A DNA stretch of 64,000 nucleotides from an uncultured delta proteobacterium (GCA_963845145.1 CAWJQU010000004.1:384001-448000); one strand, 5' to 3'. Counted from the first letter of the stretch, positions 43,567-54,363 are shown. Numbers and translations are program-made. The notes: generated by a model from the sequence alone, not told the origin.

Positions 43567-43971
43567 TTATTTCTTAACAGTAGAGTCGGTGCGTGTAGAC
43601 ATACCCGCACCGGCCTTGGCCAGATTCTCCTGAATCTTGTCGAACTGGAAGCCAACTTCTCTGAGTGAAATAATCCGATCACGCATGGCATCTGTGGGTG
43701 CCCGTTTAGCCATTTCATCGATGAGTTCCTCGTACTGAGGAATGATACTGGGAAATACAATATCCTTTTCGATGCAAATGGACGGCAACACCTTCACGCC
43801 GAGTTCCAGAAATTTACCGATACCGTCTTTGTTTTTTATTGACCATTCGGTGTATTCAATCATCTCCTGGACATCATCGGGCAGGGCCGCAATGGACTCC
43901 ATCATATATCCACAGGCAGCGCATTGAACGCTATCCAGCGTTACGACATCAATGGTTATTTTGTCTGCCAT
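43567..43971 (-). CDS. Thioredoxin-fold protein, CxxC
   Basis: VVTLDSVQCAACGYMM, VLPSICIE, IPQYEEL; paralog of the Sec thioredoxins. Confidence 0.82.
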   Translation of the reverse strand: MADKITIDVVTLDSVQCAACGYMMESIAALPDDVQEMIEYTEWSIKNKDGIGKFLELGVKVLPSICIEKDIVFPSIIPQYEELIDEMAKRAPTDAMRDRIISLREVGFQFDKIQENLAKAGAGMSTRTDSTVKK

Positions 43972-43994
43972 AATCCGCTCCTTTCAAGTAGTCT

Positions 43995-45029
43995 CTACCA
44001 AGATTCTGGATACTTGGAGTAGTATTGATAATACCAATCACGTGCTTCGATTGCTTGGTCCATATGTTCCACCGGAACATCGTAAGGCATATCTCAGCCA
44101 GGTGCGAAGGTAAAACCATGTTGGCCTCCGGCGGCGAGACTCACAATCGCGTCTTCACGGGGTGAAAGCAAGCCGAGGCTCAAGGCCAGGGTCAACTTCA
44201 AATTCCCGCCAAAACCTTTACCGTACTTGCGGGCCAAGTCGCGGATAAAATTCATGTTCATCTGCTCGTCAATGGCAAAGCCATCGGTGCCCACCTGACA
44301 GACTTCTTCCATAACCTTGGTGGCATCACCGCAGATAAAGAAGGAAGATGTATAGCCGGCATCCTTGATGATCTTGTTTGCGGCCTGGCTATTCGGTGTC
44401 ACATACTCGCGAAATGTTTCCGGCCGGATCTGTGAGGCGACCGGGTCGACGTTGGCGATAATTTCGCAGCCCATTTCAGCATAGAGTTCAGCTGATCTGG
44501 CCCCGATTTCACCGGCAAATTTACATACTTCCGCAGCGAAATCCGGGTTTTTATAAACATCTGTAAAAATCCGTACGCCGGCAAGATGGGAAGCCAGTGT
44601 CAGTGGACCGCAAAAAAGCCCCATCAGTACACAATCCAGCTCATCTAACTGAGGTTTGGCTATTCTGGCGGCTTCAAAAAGGACAGGCCAGCGGCCATCA
44701 TCTTTAGATGGAATTTTGAGGCCGGCTTCGGCCGGGGTTTTATCCGAACACGGATGGGTTTTAACGGAAGGAACATTATCTTCCCACCATTTGAGTTCAC
44801 AACCCACCGCATGTGCTTCTACGGAAAGGTCAAAAACCAGGGGAATGCCGTCTGCTTTATATCTTTTAGCTGTTTCAACGACACCTTTGGCCAGCAATTC
44901 AGGATCTTGGAGCATCTTGTCAGCCGGCTCATTGATCATAAAGGCGCAATGAACGCCTGCATAGGGAACCCAGGGTGGAATGTCGGTCATTTTCCCCCGG
45001 TATGCATCAATCAATCTCTGTTTGGCCAT
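43995..45029 (-). CDS. MtaA/CmuA (URO-D superfamily) methyltransferase, selenoprotein (Sec at 44094-44096)
   Basis: ...FTFAPG-U-DMPYDVPVEHM..., where the paralog has MPGCDL; read-through adds Sec plus 32 aa to TAG 43995; perfect hairpin ATGTTCC-GGT-GGAACAT 13 nt downstream. Confidence 0.88.
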
Positions 45030-45259
45030 GTGTTGTCTCCTTTTTCGTTTTTTGTTGCGTTAACGCTTGCTTCTACCTTAACAGTGGACAAACGCCTTTA
45101 CCATTCACCTCCTTCCAATGGATTCATATCCCTCTCCGACAAAAAGATCTGTACGTGTGGTCTATGTATTACGCTACTTGAACAACTTGGGACTTCAAGC
45201 TAAGGCAGTCGCAATGCCGCCTTAGTTTCTGTTTCGATAGCCAGGTTACCGTGTGTGTA

Positions 45260-45856
45260 TCACTCCAACAGGATGATACCATAGTAGTTGAATGTTTCAG
45301 CCGTGTTGGTGGCTACTGTGGATCCGGTCCCCAGTTTTTTCAGTGTTCCGATCACATCAATGGAAAATGATTCTACCGATGGTCTTTTTTCCTGGGGAAA
45401 ACGGCAAGCCTCAGGGTATGCGCATTCCTTGCAGAGCGCACAACATTCGCCAACCAGGCTGAAAGCCTTATAATAACCTTCCAGAAAAAGCATTCTTTCC
45501 AGGCTAATGGTTCCCTTCCAGCCCTTTACCTGGTTGGTTCTTTTACGATTGTTGTCAAGATAAAAATCAGAACAGTTGCTAGTCCCCACCAGCAGCAACG
45601 CCAAAGAATACTCGCTAAGGATTGATTGTGCCTTTTTAGTATCCGGCGTGGCCGGGGGACAGGTCCAGTTGGTATTGTATTTATTACAGCCATAACGACA
45701 TTTAATTTGCACCCATTCCGCAGTGACAAGCTTGTCGGTGCTAAATGGGAGAATGGCGTTTAATCCGAATTGTTTCCCTTTTTCGAGAAGGCGTTTGGTT
45801 AATGCATAAGATATACCTTCATTGGTTTTAAAGGCAACGATTTTTCTATTCTTCAT
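45260..45856 (-). CDS. DUF2284 family Cys-rich metal-binding protein
   Basis: KCRYGC..Y..NWTCPP, CALCKEC, CRFP...RPSVE...IDV. Confidence 0.85.
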   Translation of the reverse strand: MKNRKIVAFKTNEGISYALTKRLLEKGKQFGLNAILPFSTDKLVTAEWVQIKCRYGCNKYNTNWTCPPATPDTKKAQSILSEYSLALLLVGTSNCSDFYLDNNRKRTNQVKGWKGTISLERMLFLEGYYKAFSLVGECCALCKECAYPEACRFPQEKRPSVESFSIDVIGTLKKLGTGSTVATNTAETFNYYGIILLE

Positions 45857-46220
45857 CGGTATCGTTTCCGCTAAAGGGGGTAAACCGGATGCAAACATCT
45901 TTGGGCAGCGCCATTTCCATAGCCACTTCGGCTGCTTTAAGAATGGCAGAAGGTATGACGCAGGAAGAATGACAACCTGATTTTTCAGCGTTCCGATAAA
46001 CAGGGTTTTTGGTCATTGGCATAAAAAGTTCCTGCATTGAAATAGTGGGAATACCTTCGGCCATCTGTTTAATCATCTCGCATTGAGATTCGGTTATTTC
46101 AATTGAAATTGTCCGACGCTCCAGTTGCCGGGCCGTAATGACACAATTAAAACCGCAAATTCCCGGGTCAACAACGACACTGGTTCTTATGGGCGAAGTG
46201 TCGGACAAGTTAGGTTTCAT
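45846..46220 (-). CDS. Conserved Cys-containing hypothetical protein (DUF6951-like)
   Basis: VDPGICGF, SQCEMI, CHSSCVIP, MALPKDV. Confidence 0.6.
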   Translation of the reverse strand: MKPNLSDTSPIRTSVVVDPGICGFNCVITARQLERRTISIEITESQCEMIKQMAEGIPTISMQELFMPMTKNPVYRNAEKSGCHSSCVIPSAILKAAEVAMEMALPKDVCIRFTPFSGNDTDEE

Positions 46221-46236
46221 TCAGTTTTGTTCACAA

Positions 46237-48297
46237 TTACTGGTCCAGAACATCATCGGGCACAATGCCCCTTAAGTGTGGAAAGTCATCGGTCATGTGC
46301 GGCATCTGCATGGCTTCCATAAATTCCTTCTGGAAGGTCTCTTCAACCGTTAACTCGATATACTCCACGTTACGGGAGCACCAGTTGGCTTCGACCCGTT
46401 TTTTTACATTCAACAGTGCGGCCCGGCATCCATCTCCGGCTGCATTGCCGACACCTTTAATCTTTTCGATATCGCAATCCGGAAAGAGGCCCATCGTTAA
46501 TGCTTTGGTGCGGTCCACGTGGGTGCCGAAGGCCCCTGCAATTTTAACCGTATCCACCTTGTCGAGTCCCATCCGCTGGACCATGAGTTTACACCCGGCG
46601 TAGAGCGCCCCTTTGGCCAGCTGAATCTGACGAACATCTTTCTGGGTGATGACGATGTCCTTATCGATACTTGACTCTTCCGCCCAGGCGAGAATGAATT
46701 CAGGTTGTTTGTTATCCGGATTAATACGGAATCGAGGATGGTCTTTCAGCCCTTTTTTATCGAACACACCGCTTTTGGTGATGACTCCGGCGGTGTAAAG
46801 CTCCGCCAACACATCCAGAATACCCGAACCACAGATTCCTTTGGCTTTCATGTCCTTGGGTTCCGAAAATTTTCGCCAGGCATCCCGGCCGATGACCTTG
46901 TAATTGACTTCCTTGGTCTCCGGATCGATTTCGATGCGTTCGATGGCGCCCGGCGCCGCGCGCATACCAAAAGCAAGCTGGGCACCCTCAAGGGCTGGTC
47001 CCGTGGCACACGAAGAGGATATGAGTTTATGCCGGTTTCCGAGAACCAGTTCGCCGTTGGTCCCGATGTCGATAATGAGCTGATTCTCATCATGTTTGTA
47101 AGGTTCTTCGGCCAGCAGTACGCCGACATTGTCGGCCCCTACGAACCCGGCCTCATTGGGAAGTACAAACAGGTAAGAAGACGGGTTGATCTTTACACCG
47201 AGGTCTCTGGCCTTTATGTCCATGCTATGGTGAATCACCGGCGGAAAAGGCGCCAAACCAACAAACTCAGGATTCAGGCCAAGCAAAATATGATGCATGG
47301 CTGTATTAAAGCCTATGGTGATGTCCTCGACGTCATCATGGGTCAATCGCAAGTAGGTCTTGCCTTCTTCTGGAACTTCTTTGTATTCAACCGGCCCCTC
47401 TTCGCCTTTTTTCTTCTTTATTTTCTTTTTCGGGGGATGCGTTGCGGCGATGGCTTTGTCGATGAGGTCGTTCAACCCCTCGATGATGTCGTCGCTCATA
47501 CGTTGAAGACCATCCGGGGTTGTCATGTGAAAGGTAATCCGCGCCATGACATCTTCGCCGTATTTACATTGCGGGTTCATCATGGATACCGTATCGATCA
47601 CCTCCATGGTGCCAAGGTCACAAAAATATCCGGCCACTGTGGTTGTGCCCACATCAATGGCCATGCCGTAGACATGCTCTACCTTGCCGGGACGAATACG
47701 GATGATTTCCTTTTCATTCCACACGCTGACCGTCACGCTCCATTTGCCGTCACGCAGGGCCGTGGGCAATGTGCGCAGGGTTATTATATCGATCGTCAGG
47801 TCTTCGAGGCCGTATTCACGCTCCAAAGCACGGCAAATTCTCTCAAAATCACCGGTGGGCTCTTCAAATGTTGGGGGGGCAACCTGCACATAGAATGATT
47901 TTACGGCCGGATTATGGTCGATATGGATATCGCGGGCAGCTTTGCTGACCACTTGTTTTCCGGCACGTGATTCCTCTGGGACAAAAACCAGAACGTCGCC
48001 TTTGACCTCGGTGACGCAGCCCAGCCGAAAGCCCTTTTCGCGTCGTTCCGCATTGATGAACTTTTCTTCCTCCTCCAGCCAAGCACTGACATTGTCCTTG
48101 CTAGAGGTGATGCCATATTTTTCAAAGTGGCCTTCTTCGATCCGCACGATGCATTTGCCACATACTTTTTTTTCACCGCACAAGGCCTCAATATCAACGC
48201 CCAACAGACGAGAGGCCTCAATAAGATTGGTTCCTATGGGTACTTCCCCCCTCCGACCGGAAGGTTGAAAAATTACCATCGCCATATCATCAGACAT
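46237..48297 (-). CDS. ASKHA-domain reductive activator of corrinoid proteins (RACE/RamA-like) with N-terminal 2Fe-2S domain
   Basis: CGEKKVCGKC...RLGC, DVGTTTV, GFVGADNV, IDIGTNGEL, CATGPALEG, GICGSG, IAGAFG, VGNAAG. Confidence 0.92.
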   Translation of the reverse strand: MSDDMAMVIFQPSGRRGEVPIGTNLIEASRLLGVDIEALCGEKKVCGKCIVRIEEGHFEKYGITSSKDNVSAWLEEEEKFINAERREKGFRLGCVTEVKGDVLVFVPEESRAGKQVVSKAARDIHIDHNPAVKSFYVQVAPPTFEEPTGDFERICRALEREYGLEDLTIDIITLRTLPTALRDGKWSVTVSVWNEKEIIRIRPGKVEHVYGMAIDVGTTTVAGYFCDLGTMEVIDTVSMMNPQCKYGEDVMARITFHMTTPDGLQRMSDDIIEGLNDLIDKAIAATHPPKKKIKKKKGEEGPVEYKEVPEEGKTYLRLTHDDVEDITIGFNTAMHHILLGLNPEFVGLAPFPPVIHHSMDIKARDLGVKINPSSYLFVLPNEAGFVGADNVGVLLAEEPYKHDENQLIIDIGTNGELVLGNRHKLISSSCATGPALEGAQLAFGMRAAPGAIERIEIDPETKEVNYKVIGRDAWRKFSEPKDMKAKGICGSGILDVLAELYTAGVITKSGVFDKKGLKDHPRFRINPDNKQPEFILAWAEESSIDKDIVITQKDVRQIQLAKGALYAGCKLMVQRMGLDKVDTVKIAGAFGTHVDRTKALTMGLFPDCDIEKIKGVGNAAGDGCRAALLNVKKRVEANWCSRNVEYIELTVEETFQKEFMEAMQMPHMTDDFPHLRGIVPDDVLDQ

Positions 48298-48406
48298 TCG
48301 CATTACTCCTTATCTATAAGAACGAGAACTCAAAACCTAAGTGTAGCGGTTGGCTTTTTCCGCCTTAGATTCCGGTTTCGGTGCGTGATTTAATACAACA
48401 AACGGA

Positions 48407-48453
48407 GGAAACCCGCCAAGCGAAACCGATTGCACTCAGTCATGCGGGTTTCC
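48407..48453. terminator. Intergenic stem-loop between the corrinoid protein and activator genes
   Basis: GGAAACCCGC...GCGGGTTTCC 10-bp inverted repeat. Confidence 0.4.
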
Positions 48454-48477
48454 ATTTCTCACAATTAATAACCGGCC

Positions 48478-49141
48478 TTATTTATTCCGCATCTCGCGTA
48501 GCCGGCCGATCATTTTAATTCCTTCGGAAACGGCATTACCAGCGGATTCGGCATAACCGTCAGCGCCGAACAGGTTGGCCACGTCCTTGGTGACCGGGGC
48601 ACCTCCCAGCATGATCGCTACGTTGGGGTTTTTCTCTTTGATCATGGCGATAACTTTTTTCATCCCCAGCATGGTGGTGGTCATCATGGCCGACATGGCA
48701 ACCACTTCGGAGTCCGTGCGCATCTGCTCTTCAACAAAGTTTTCCAAAGGCACATCGCGGCCCAGGTCATGGACATCCCACCCGGCAACGTCGAACATCA
48801 TTTTGACCAGGTTTTTACCGATGTCATGAACATCGCCCTGGATACTGCCGATAACTACCTGGGCATTGAGGCCCTCTGTTTGAGGGGGCACATGGGGCCG
48901 CAGAATGGCAAGCCCGGCGTACAGCGCATCGGCGCACATCAACACTTCGGGAACAAAATATTCGTTGTTGTCATACAAGTCGCCGACGATTTCCATGCCG
49001 GCGGCAAGACCATCCATGATCATTTCGAGGGGATCCTGGCCGTCATCCAGTGCATCCTGGTGCCCAGCATTTTACGTCATCTTCCTGATAATCAACAACG
49101 CCTTGTTTCAAACTTTCTAACATTTCTTCTTTTGTCGCCAT
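48478..49141 (-). CDS. Methyltransferase corrinoid protein (MtaC/MttC-like), frameshift near 49060
   Basis: B12-binding motifs GDVHDIGKNLV, SAMMTTT, GGAPV; cap domain begins MATKEEMLESLK at 49141 (RBS AGGAG) in another frame. Confidence 0.88.
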
Positions 49142-49171
49142 TTGTTTATCTCCTTAATTTTAATTTGATGG

Positions 49172-50264
49172 TTAGGTTAAAATCAGCATGGGTCTTAATT
49201 GCCATCCATCTAAAGTCTTCCCACCGCCGGGACTCGCCTTTTTGCCATACTCATGGGTCGTGTCCACACAGGCTTTCAAATTCTCCTCGATGATATCCGG
49301 CCACAAGTCACACCCCGGCATCACGGCATCGACACCGCCGTCGATCATATCTTTGATATGGTCAATGGCTTCCTGCTTGGGCGTTTTGGGATCGCAGGTC
49401 ATTTTATAGGTGTCCAGGTTGCCCATGAACAGCACGTCGGGGCCCAGTATCTCGCGACCCTTGCGTACGTCGCATTTGATATCCACGGTCAGTCCGTCGG
49501 CGCCGCATTCGATTCATCATTTCCAGCAACGGTTCGGTCTTGCCGCAGATGTGCAGCAGTTTAGGTGATTCCCATGCTGCCAGGATTCGGGTCAGCCGCG
49601 GTTGAATAAACTCTTTGAAGGTTCGCGGGCTCAAGAGGTCAGCCGCCACACCGGGCTCGCGCAGGGTGATATAATCGCATCCGGCAGCCTGCAAGTATTT
49701 ACCGATCTTGATGATCATATCGGTCAGGTCGTCAAGAACCTTCCCCACTTTTTCTTTTTGTTTGAACACGCCCTTTAGCATAATATCGAGCTCCAACATT
49801 TGTCCGGCCTGGGTAAACGGTCCCAGCTGCCAGCAACCGATGGGCAGATCAGGTGCTTCTTTTTTGATGATTTTTATGGCTTCGGGTAGCATCGCCAATC
49901 GTCCCAGTTCAGTGATATTGTCAGGAATGACGACCTCGTCCAGAGTTGCCCATATTTTATTGGGGATCGTGGGATAGAGGATATCTTCGGAATCTTCATA
50001 CAAGCTGATGGTATTGCCAATGGCCTCGGATTCCATGGTCATGTCATAGGGGATGACAACACAATCAAAATTCATCGCTTTGGCCGACCACAGGGCTGAC
50101 ATGGCCATACGTTCGGCATCCGTATGGACGGTAGCAAATTTCACTCCGGCTTTTTCGATACCCGGCATGACCACCATTCCCATACCACTGAAAAAGGGCA
50201 TGGTGTCGATGGGTTCCTTGCGAAACAGGCGCAAAACGCGTTCTTTAGGTGTAAGCTCTGCCAT
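49172..50264 (-). CDS. MtaA/CmuA (URO-D superfamily) methyltransferase, frameshift near 49510 (and probably ~49230)
   Basis: GPFTQAG, intact Zn motif LLHICG...MPGCDL; removing one base gives EMM[N/I]ECGADGLTVDIK. Confidence 0.85.
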
Positions 50265-50329
50265 AATGTTCAGCTCCTTTTTTTTAATAATTATTGATCA
50301 TTCGTTTATTTAAAATTCAGGTCTGTAAA

Positions 50330-51283
50330 TTACATCATCGTCTTGAGCTGCTCGACAAAATCCGGGAACAGTTTAAAAAGAGGATGATTGGGGTCTTTGG
50401 GCAGTTGCTTGGTCTCGGCAAATGCGGCCGTTGCCAGAAATGCCTCGGCTTCGGCGACCGCCGGTAATATCCGGGTGGCACCGGCCATGGGGCCGGAAAA
50501 AATCATGTCATGGTAAAAGAAAGCCGAAAGCCCTTCCAAGGCGGCATCGGTGGAAGACCAGCCCTTGAAATCCCACATATCCCTAAATCGTTTCAAATCC
50601 ATATATGAGCCGTTGCTCGGGGCGCTGGCGGTGGGAAATCCCCATTTTTCTTTGATCATCCGGTTGGCCACACCACAAAAAGCCGTGGCCGGGCCATTCA
50701 TTACCGAGGAATCCACGAAAATGCTTTCGAATTCGGCGCCTACCTTTTCGATGGCATCCAGCAGCTTTTGGGTGCCGGTGATCCGTCCGCTGGGCATCTG
50801 GTCTTCCTGATCGAAGGCCACCAACAGTACGTGCTTGACGCCCATGTCGGCAATCTCTTTGATCTCGGTCTCCAGGTCCTGTTCCCATATGGTCAGGCTG
50901 TTATAAAACATGCGATCCATCAGGCCTTTTTCGGCACAATAGGCCGCACCCGCCAGTTTGGGTTTCATCACCCAGGCATCGATGCAAAACGGCATGTCGC
51001 TTTTTTCCGCCACGAAATCGATATAGGTCTCAAATTCTTTACCCGTGTTGGCCACAATGTCCGCCATTCCGGGTACACCAGTTTGCTCAGTTAGCTTTTC
51101 CTGGGCTTTGAGAAGGCCCTCGGCGCGTTTTTCGTCAAAGCCCTCTTTGCGTTTGCCGGTAAAGACCTTGTCGCCTTTCTGGAAAATTGAACTCACACAA
51201 ACACATGGATATTCACCCGGTTGGCCGCCGAATTTAACCCCACCCACCTCACACACTTTCTGTTCGGTACCTAATTGAAACAT
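50330..51283 (-). CDS. MtrH-family pterin-binding methyltransferase
   Basis: MF....EQKV....GVKFGGQPGEYP....SIF N-terminus, PFCIDA, FYNSL, C-terminal HPLFKLF. Confidence 0.85.
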   Translation of the reverse strand: MFQLGTEQKVCEVGGVKFGGQPGEYPCVCVSSIFQKGDKVFTGKRKEGFDEKRAEGLLKAQEKLTEQTGVPGMADIVANTGKEFETYIDFVAEKSDMPFCIDAWVMKPKLAGAAYCAEKGLMDRMFYNSLTIWEQDLETEIKEIADMGVKHVLLVAFDQEDQMPSGRITGTQKLLDAIEKVGAEFESIFVDSSVMNGPATAFCGVANRMIKEKWGFPTASAPSNGSYMDLKRFRDMWDFKGWSSTDAALEGLSAFFYHDMIFSGPMAGATRILPAVAEAEAFLATAAFAETKQLPKDPNHPLFKLFPDFVEQLKTMM

Positions 51284-51377
51284 TCCGACCTCCTCTAAAA
51301 TATAGTATTGGTTTGAATTCCAGGACAGGCAAAAAGGAAAATAGAATTGTTAGATACGCGAAACCAACCTTTTTGGG

Positions 51378-51400
51378 AATCGTCCAAAGGTTGATTTTTT
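51378..51400 (-). promoter_or_regulatory. Putative response-regulator box upstream of the mtrH-like operon
   Basis: AATCGTCCAAAGGTTGATTTTTT is identical to 59183-59205; pseudo-palindromic core ATCGTCC-AAA-GGTTGAT. Confidence 0.65.
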
Positions 51401-51484
51401 TGTCATGGATAGATGATTTTGAGGTTGACCAATATATAACCAGAAAAGGTTGTTCATCCCCGGTATGTCGCCAACAGAAAAGGT

Positions 51485-52150
51485 TTAGAGTTCGGGGTCG
51501 ACCAATCCCAGTTTAATGGCGAGATGGATGAGCTTGAGGGGAGAATCGATCTTTAGTTTTTCCATAATTTTGGCGCGGTGTGACTTAATCGTGCTGATGC
51601 TGACGCAGAGAATTTCGGCAATCTGGCGGGTTGAATGCCCTTCGGCAATGAGCTGAAAAACTTCGCGTTCCCGGTTGGAGAGCTTTTTGTATCGTTCCGC
51701 CGTCGAAGACCCTTTTTTGGGGGAGAGGTAGCTGTCCACAAGCACTTTTGATATGGAGGGGCTTAAATAGGTTTCATCTTTCATGGCCGCATGGATGGCG
51801 TTGATGATATCACGGCCGCTTGAATCTTTGAGAAGATATCCCGATACACCGGTTTCAAGCAGCTCTTGAATGTAATGTTCGTGGGAATACATGGAGAGAA
51901 TCAAAATTTTAGTTTTGGGCAGATGTTTACTGATCCTTTTTGCAGCCTCAATGCCGTTCATTCGAGGCATGGCGATATCCATGATCACAACATCGGGTTT
52001 CAGCTCTTTTGCCAGATCCACGGCTCTGCGTCCGTTGGTGGCCTGTCCGATAACTTTCAGGTCGGCTTGTTCTTCCAATAGCCGCGACAACCCCTGGCGC
52101 ACGATGGTGTGGTCATCCGCCACTAGAATTCTGATCAAATCAGTCGGCAT
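51485..52150 (-). CDS. NarL/FixJ family response regulator
   Basis: ADDHTIVRQGL, MDIAMP, LSNREREV...IAEG...TIKSHRAKIMEKL. Confidence 0.93.
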   Translation of the reverse strand: MPTDLIRILVADDHTIVRQGLSRLLEEQADLKVIGQATNGRRAVDLAKELKPDVVIMDIAMPRMNGIEAAKRISKHLPKTKILILSMYSHEHYIQELLETGVSGYLLKDSSGRDIINAIHAAMKDETYLSPSISKVLVDSYLSPKKGSSTAERYKKLSNREREVFQLIAEGHSTRQIAEILCVSISTIKSHRAKIMEKLKIDSPLKLIHLAIKLGLVDPEL

Positions 52151-54344
52151 CGGATTCCTCGCTAAAGGGGATTTCAATTCGAATGCGGGTTCCTTCACCC
52201 TGACGGCTGCGAAGTTGTAAAACACCGCCGATGTGCGAAGCCCTTTCGCGCATACCCACCAACCCCAGGCTTCTTTTGTCTTTTCCAATGACCTGCGGGT
52301 CAAACCCGATGCCATCGTCTTCCGCCAGGAAAATAATCCGCGGATAGCTTTTGATGATCGAAAGCCGGAAAGTTTCAGCGCCGGAGTGCTTCAGCGTATT
52401 GGTCATCGCCTCCTGGCTGAAGCGGTATAACATCGTTTCCATATCCATATTCAACCGGCGGTCAAACCCCACCATACTAAAATCGATGTCTACATTGGCG
52501 TTGTTCCCGATATCTTTGAAATAGAGGTTTAACGCCGGCTCGAGTCCCAGGTCAATCAGAAGGGTCGGATGCAGATGATAGGATAGGTGTCTGATCTCCG
52601 AGGAGGTTCGTTTGATCATTTTACGGATTTCATCGATTTCTTCTTTGAGCAGCGCGTCACCGGCGGCGTGGTTCTCTTCCAGCCTGTCCAAACCCAGCTT
52701 GATCGCCGTCAGCGATTGGCCGGCTTCATCATGTAATTCACGGGCAATACGGCGGCGTTCTTCTTCCTGGCTTTGAAAGAGCTTTTCGGTCAGCTGTCTG
52801 AGTTCATGACGGTGCTGGCGGACCATCTTCATCAATTGAGCATTTTCAACCGTTCCTCCGAGATAATTGCCCAGAGAACCCATCAGGTGGATTTCATGAT
52901 GGTTGAGTTCACGCGATGCCGGAATATCCAGCCCGAAAAATCCCACCCCTCTGCCTTTGAAAGTGATTAAAAAGCATGACAGCCATGGAACGATTTTACC
53001 ATCGTTTGAATGATAGCGTGCTTTGAAAGTCGGAAATGTGGGTTTGGGCGTCAGGTGCGATTCTTTGATAAGCAAATGTTTTTCCAGTAGACTGTCCTTA
53101 AAAATGGCGCGGTTTCCAACATCCGGAAAGGGGAGGCCCGACCTTGCCTGAACCCAGGCCTTTTTGTCATCCCGATCGATGAGAAACAGGGCTCCCCGAC
53201 GCAGTCGTAATACCCGTAACACTTCTTTTAGTGTGATATCTAGAACAAGATCAAGGTCCATTGTTTTGTTGACGGCGACCGCCACGCTATTTAGAATGGA
53301 AAGTTCGCGATTCCTTTTTCTTATAATCTCCTCTGTCTCTTTCCGGTGGGTGATATCCTTGATTATCCCTTCGTACTCGGCATCGCCCGTTTCCGGGTTC
53401 TCGTATCGCCGGCTGGAAATCAATACATGCAGGGGGGAGCCGTCTCGTCTGATAAACTCGACTTCGTAATCCTTGACAGATCCACCCTGATTGATTTCCG
53501 TTAGAAACTTCTCCCGGTCCTTCGGGTTACGGTACATTTGGGTTGCAGAAAGTTTTTCGATTAGCTCCTTTTTGTTCGAATAGCCCAGCGTATCCACGCC
53601 AGACGGGTTCATGTCGAGTATTTCACCTGTCTGGTTGGTTATGTAAATCATGTCATGGCTGCCTTCGAATATGCGGCGATATCTTTTCTGACGTTGGGTG
53701 ATCTCCTCTTGTAACCGCTTGAGTTCCGAAATGTCTTTAAATATCTCTAACCCTCCGGTGATTCGACCCGAATCATCCCGGAAAGCCGAGGTAGAGCAAA
53801 TAATGGGGACTTTATTGCCGTCTATGTTGGTAATGGCATATTCCCGATTGTGAATGTCATGCCCCTCGTCAACAGCGCGTTTCAAGGCGCAATCGGACTC
53901 ACAAATGGAATTTTTAAAGACATCCTTACAGAACATGCCAACCGCATCGTAAGCTGAAAATCCGGTAATTTTTTCGGCTGCCGGATTAAAGTAGGTGATA
54001 CGCCACTCCTTATCGGTAGTAAACAATCCGTCCGGAATACGGTTCAGAATTTCGATAAAACTTTCTTCTTTTTGATAGATTCTTTCCAGGGCATTGACAT
54101 TATAACTGAGAAGCTGGTCAGCGATAAATTTGTTCCAATTTTTGAGATTATGCTGTCCGCCTCGCGCTTTAAAATAGGAACAGGTAAGGCAGGAAGATAT
54201 TTTTTCAGATACATCATCTACCATCGGGCGGGAACAATGGGTTCGGGGAATTAGCCAGCAATTGGTTCCCGATTCGCCATGCCCCGGGCATAATACATTG
54301 GTGCAGCTCAGCGTTTCCCAGCAGGCCTGCCGGTCGACCCCCAC
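52140..54344 (-). CDS. Sensor histidine kinase (Cys-rich CW-type N-terminus, two PAS, GAF, HisKA_3); start uncertain
   Basis: CWE...C...CP...CW...C...CxxC, two PAS repeats, ERRRIARELHDEAGQ, EDDGIGF, LGLVGMRER. Confidence 0.87.
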   Translation of the reverse strand: MGVDRQACWETLSCTNVLCPGHGESGTNCWLIPRTHCSRPMVDDVSEKISSCLTCSYFKARGGQHNLKNWNKFIADQLLSYNVNALERIYQKEESFIEILNRIPDGLFTTDKEWRITYFNPAAEKITGFSAYDAVGMFCKDVFKNSICESDCALKRAVDEGHDIHNREYAITNIDGNKVPIICSTSAFRDDSGRITGGLEIFKDISELKRLQEEITQRQKRYRRIFEGSHDMIYITNQTGEILDMNPSGVDTLGYSNKKELIEKLSATQMYRNPKDREKFLTEINQGGSVKDYEVEFIRRDGSPLHVLISSRRYENPETGDAEYEGIIKDITHRKETEEIIRKRNRELSILNSVAVAVNKTMDLDLVLDITLKEVLRVLRLRRGALFLIDRDDKKAWVQARSGLPFPDVGNRAIFKDSLLEKHLLIKESHLTPKPTFPTFKARYHSNDGKIVPWLSCFLITFKGRGVGFFGLDIPASRELNHHEIHLMGSLGNYLGGTVENAQLMKMVRQHRHELRQLTEKLFQSQEEERRRIARELHDEAGQSLTAIKLGLDRLEENHAAGDALLKEEIDEIRKMIKRTSSEIRHLSYHLHPTLLIDLGLEPALNLYFKDIGNNANVDIDFSMVGFDRRLNMDMETMLYRFSQEAMTNTLKHSGAETFRLSIIKSYPRIIFLAEDDGIGFDPQVIGKDKRSLGLVGMRERASHIGGVLQLRSRQGEGTRIRIEIPFSEESDAD

Positions 54345-54363
54345 CTTTTGTTCTAAAGATAAA

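Noticed and set aside
46705..47898. 397-aa plus-strand ORF and many other short overlapping track ORFs
   Set aside because: Antisense or alternate-frame shadows of well-supported genes, with no recognisable motifs
49043..49045. In-frame TGA in the 5' part of the corrinoid protein gene as possible Sec
   Set aside because: It arises after a frameshift; the correct frame reads QDALDDGQDPLEM, with no Cys-equivalent position
44094..50264. Pyrrolysine-type methylamine methyltransferase
   Set aside because: No MttB/MtbB/MtmB-like ORF or amber read-through candidate seen; the recoded codons here are UGA
46237..51283. Calling the cluster hgcAB mercury methylation or methanogen Mtr
   Set aside because: No HgcA cap-helix motif or HgcB ferredoxin, and no other Mtr membrane subunits in the window
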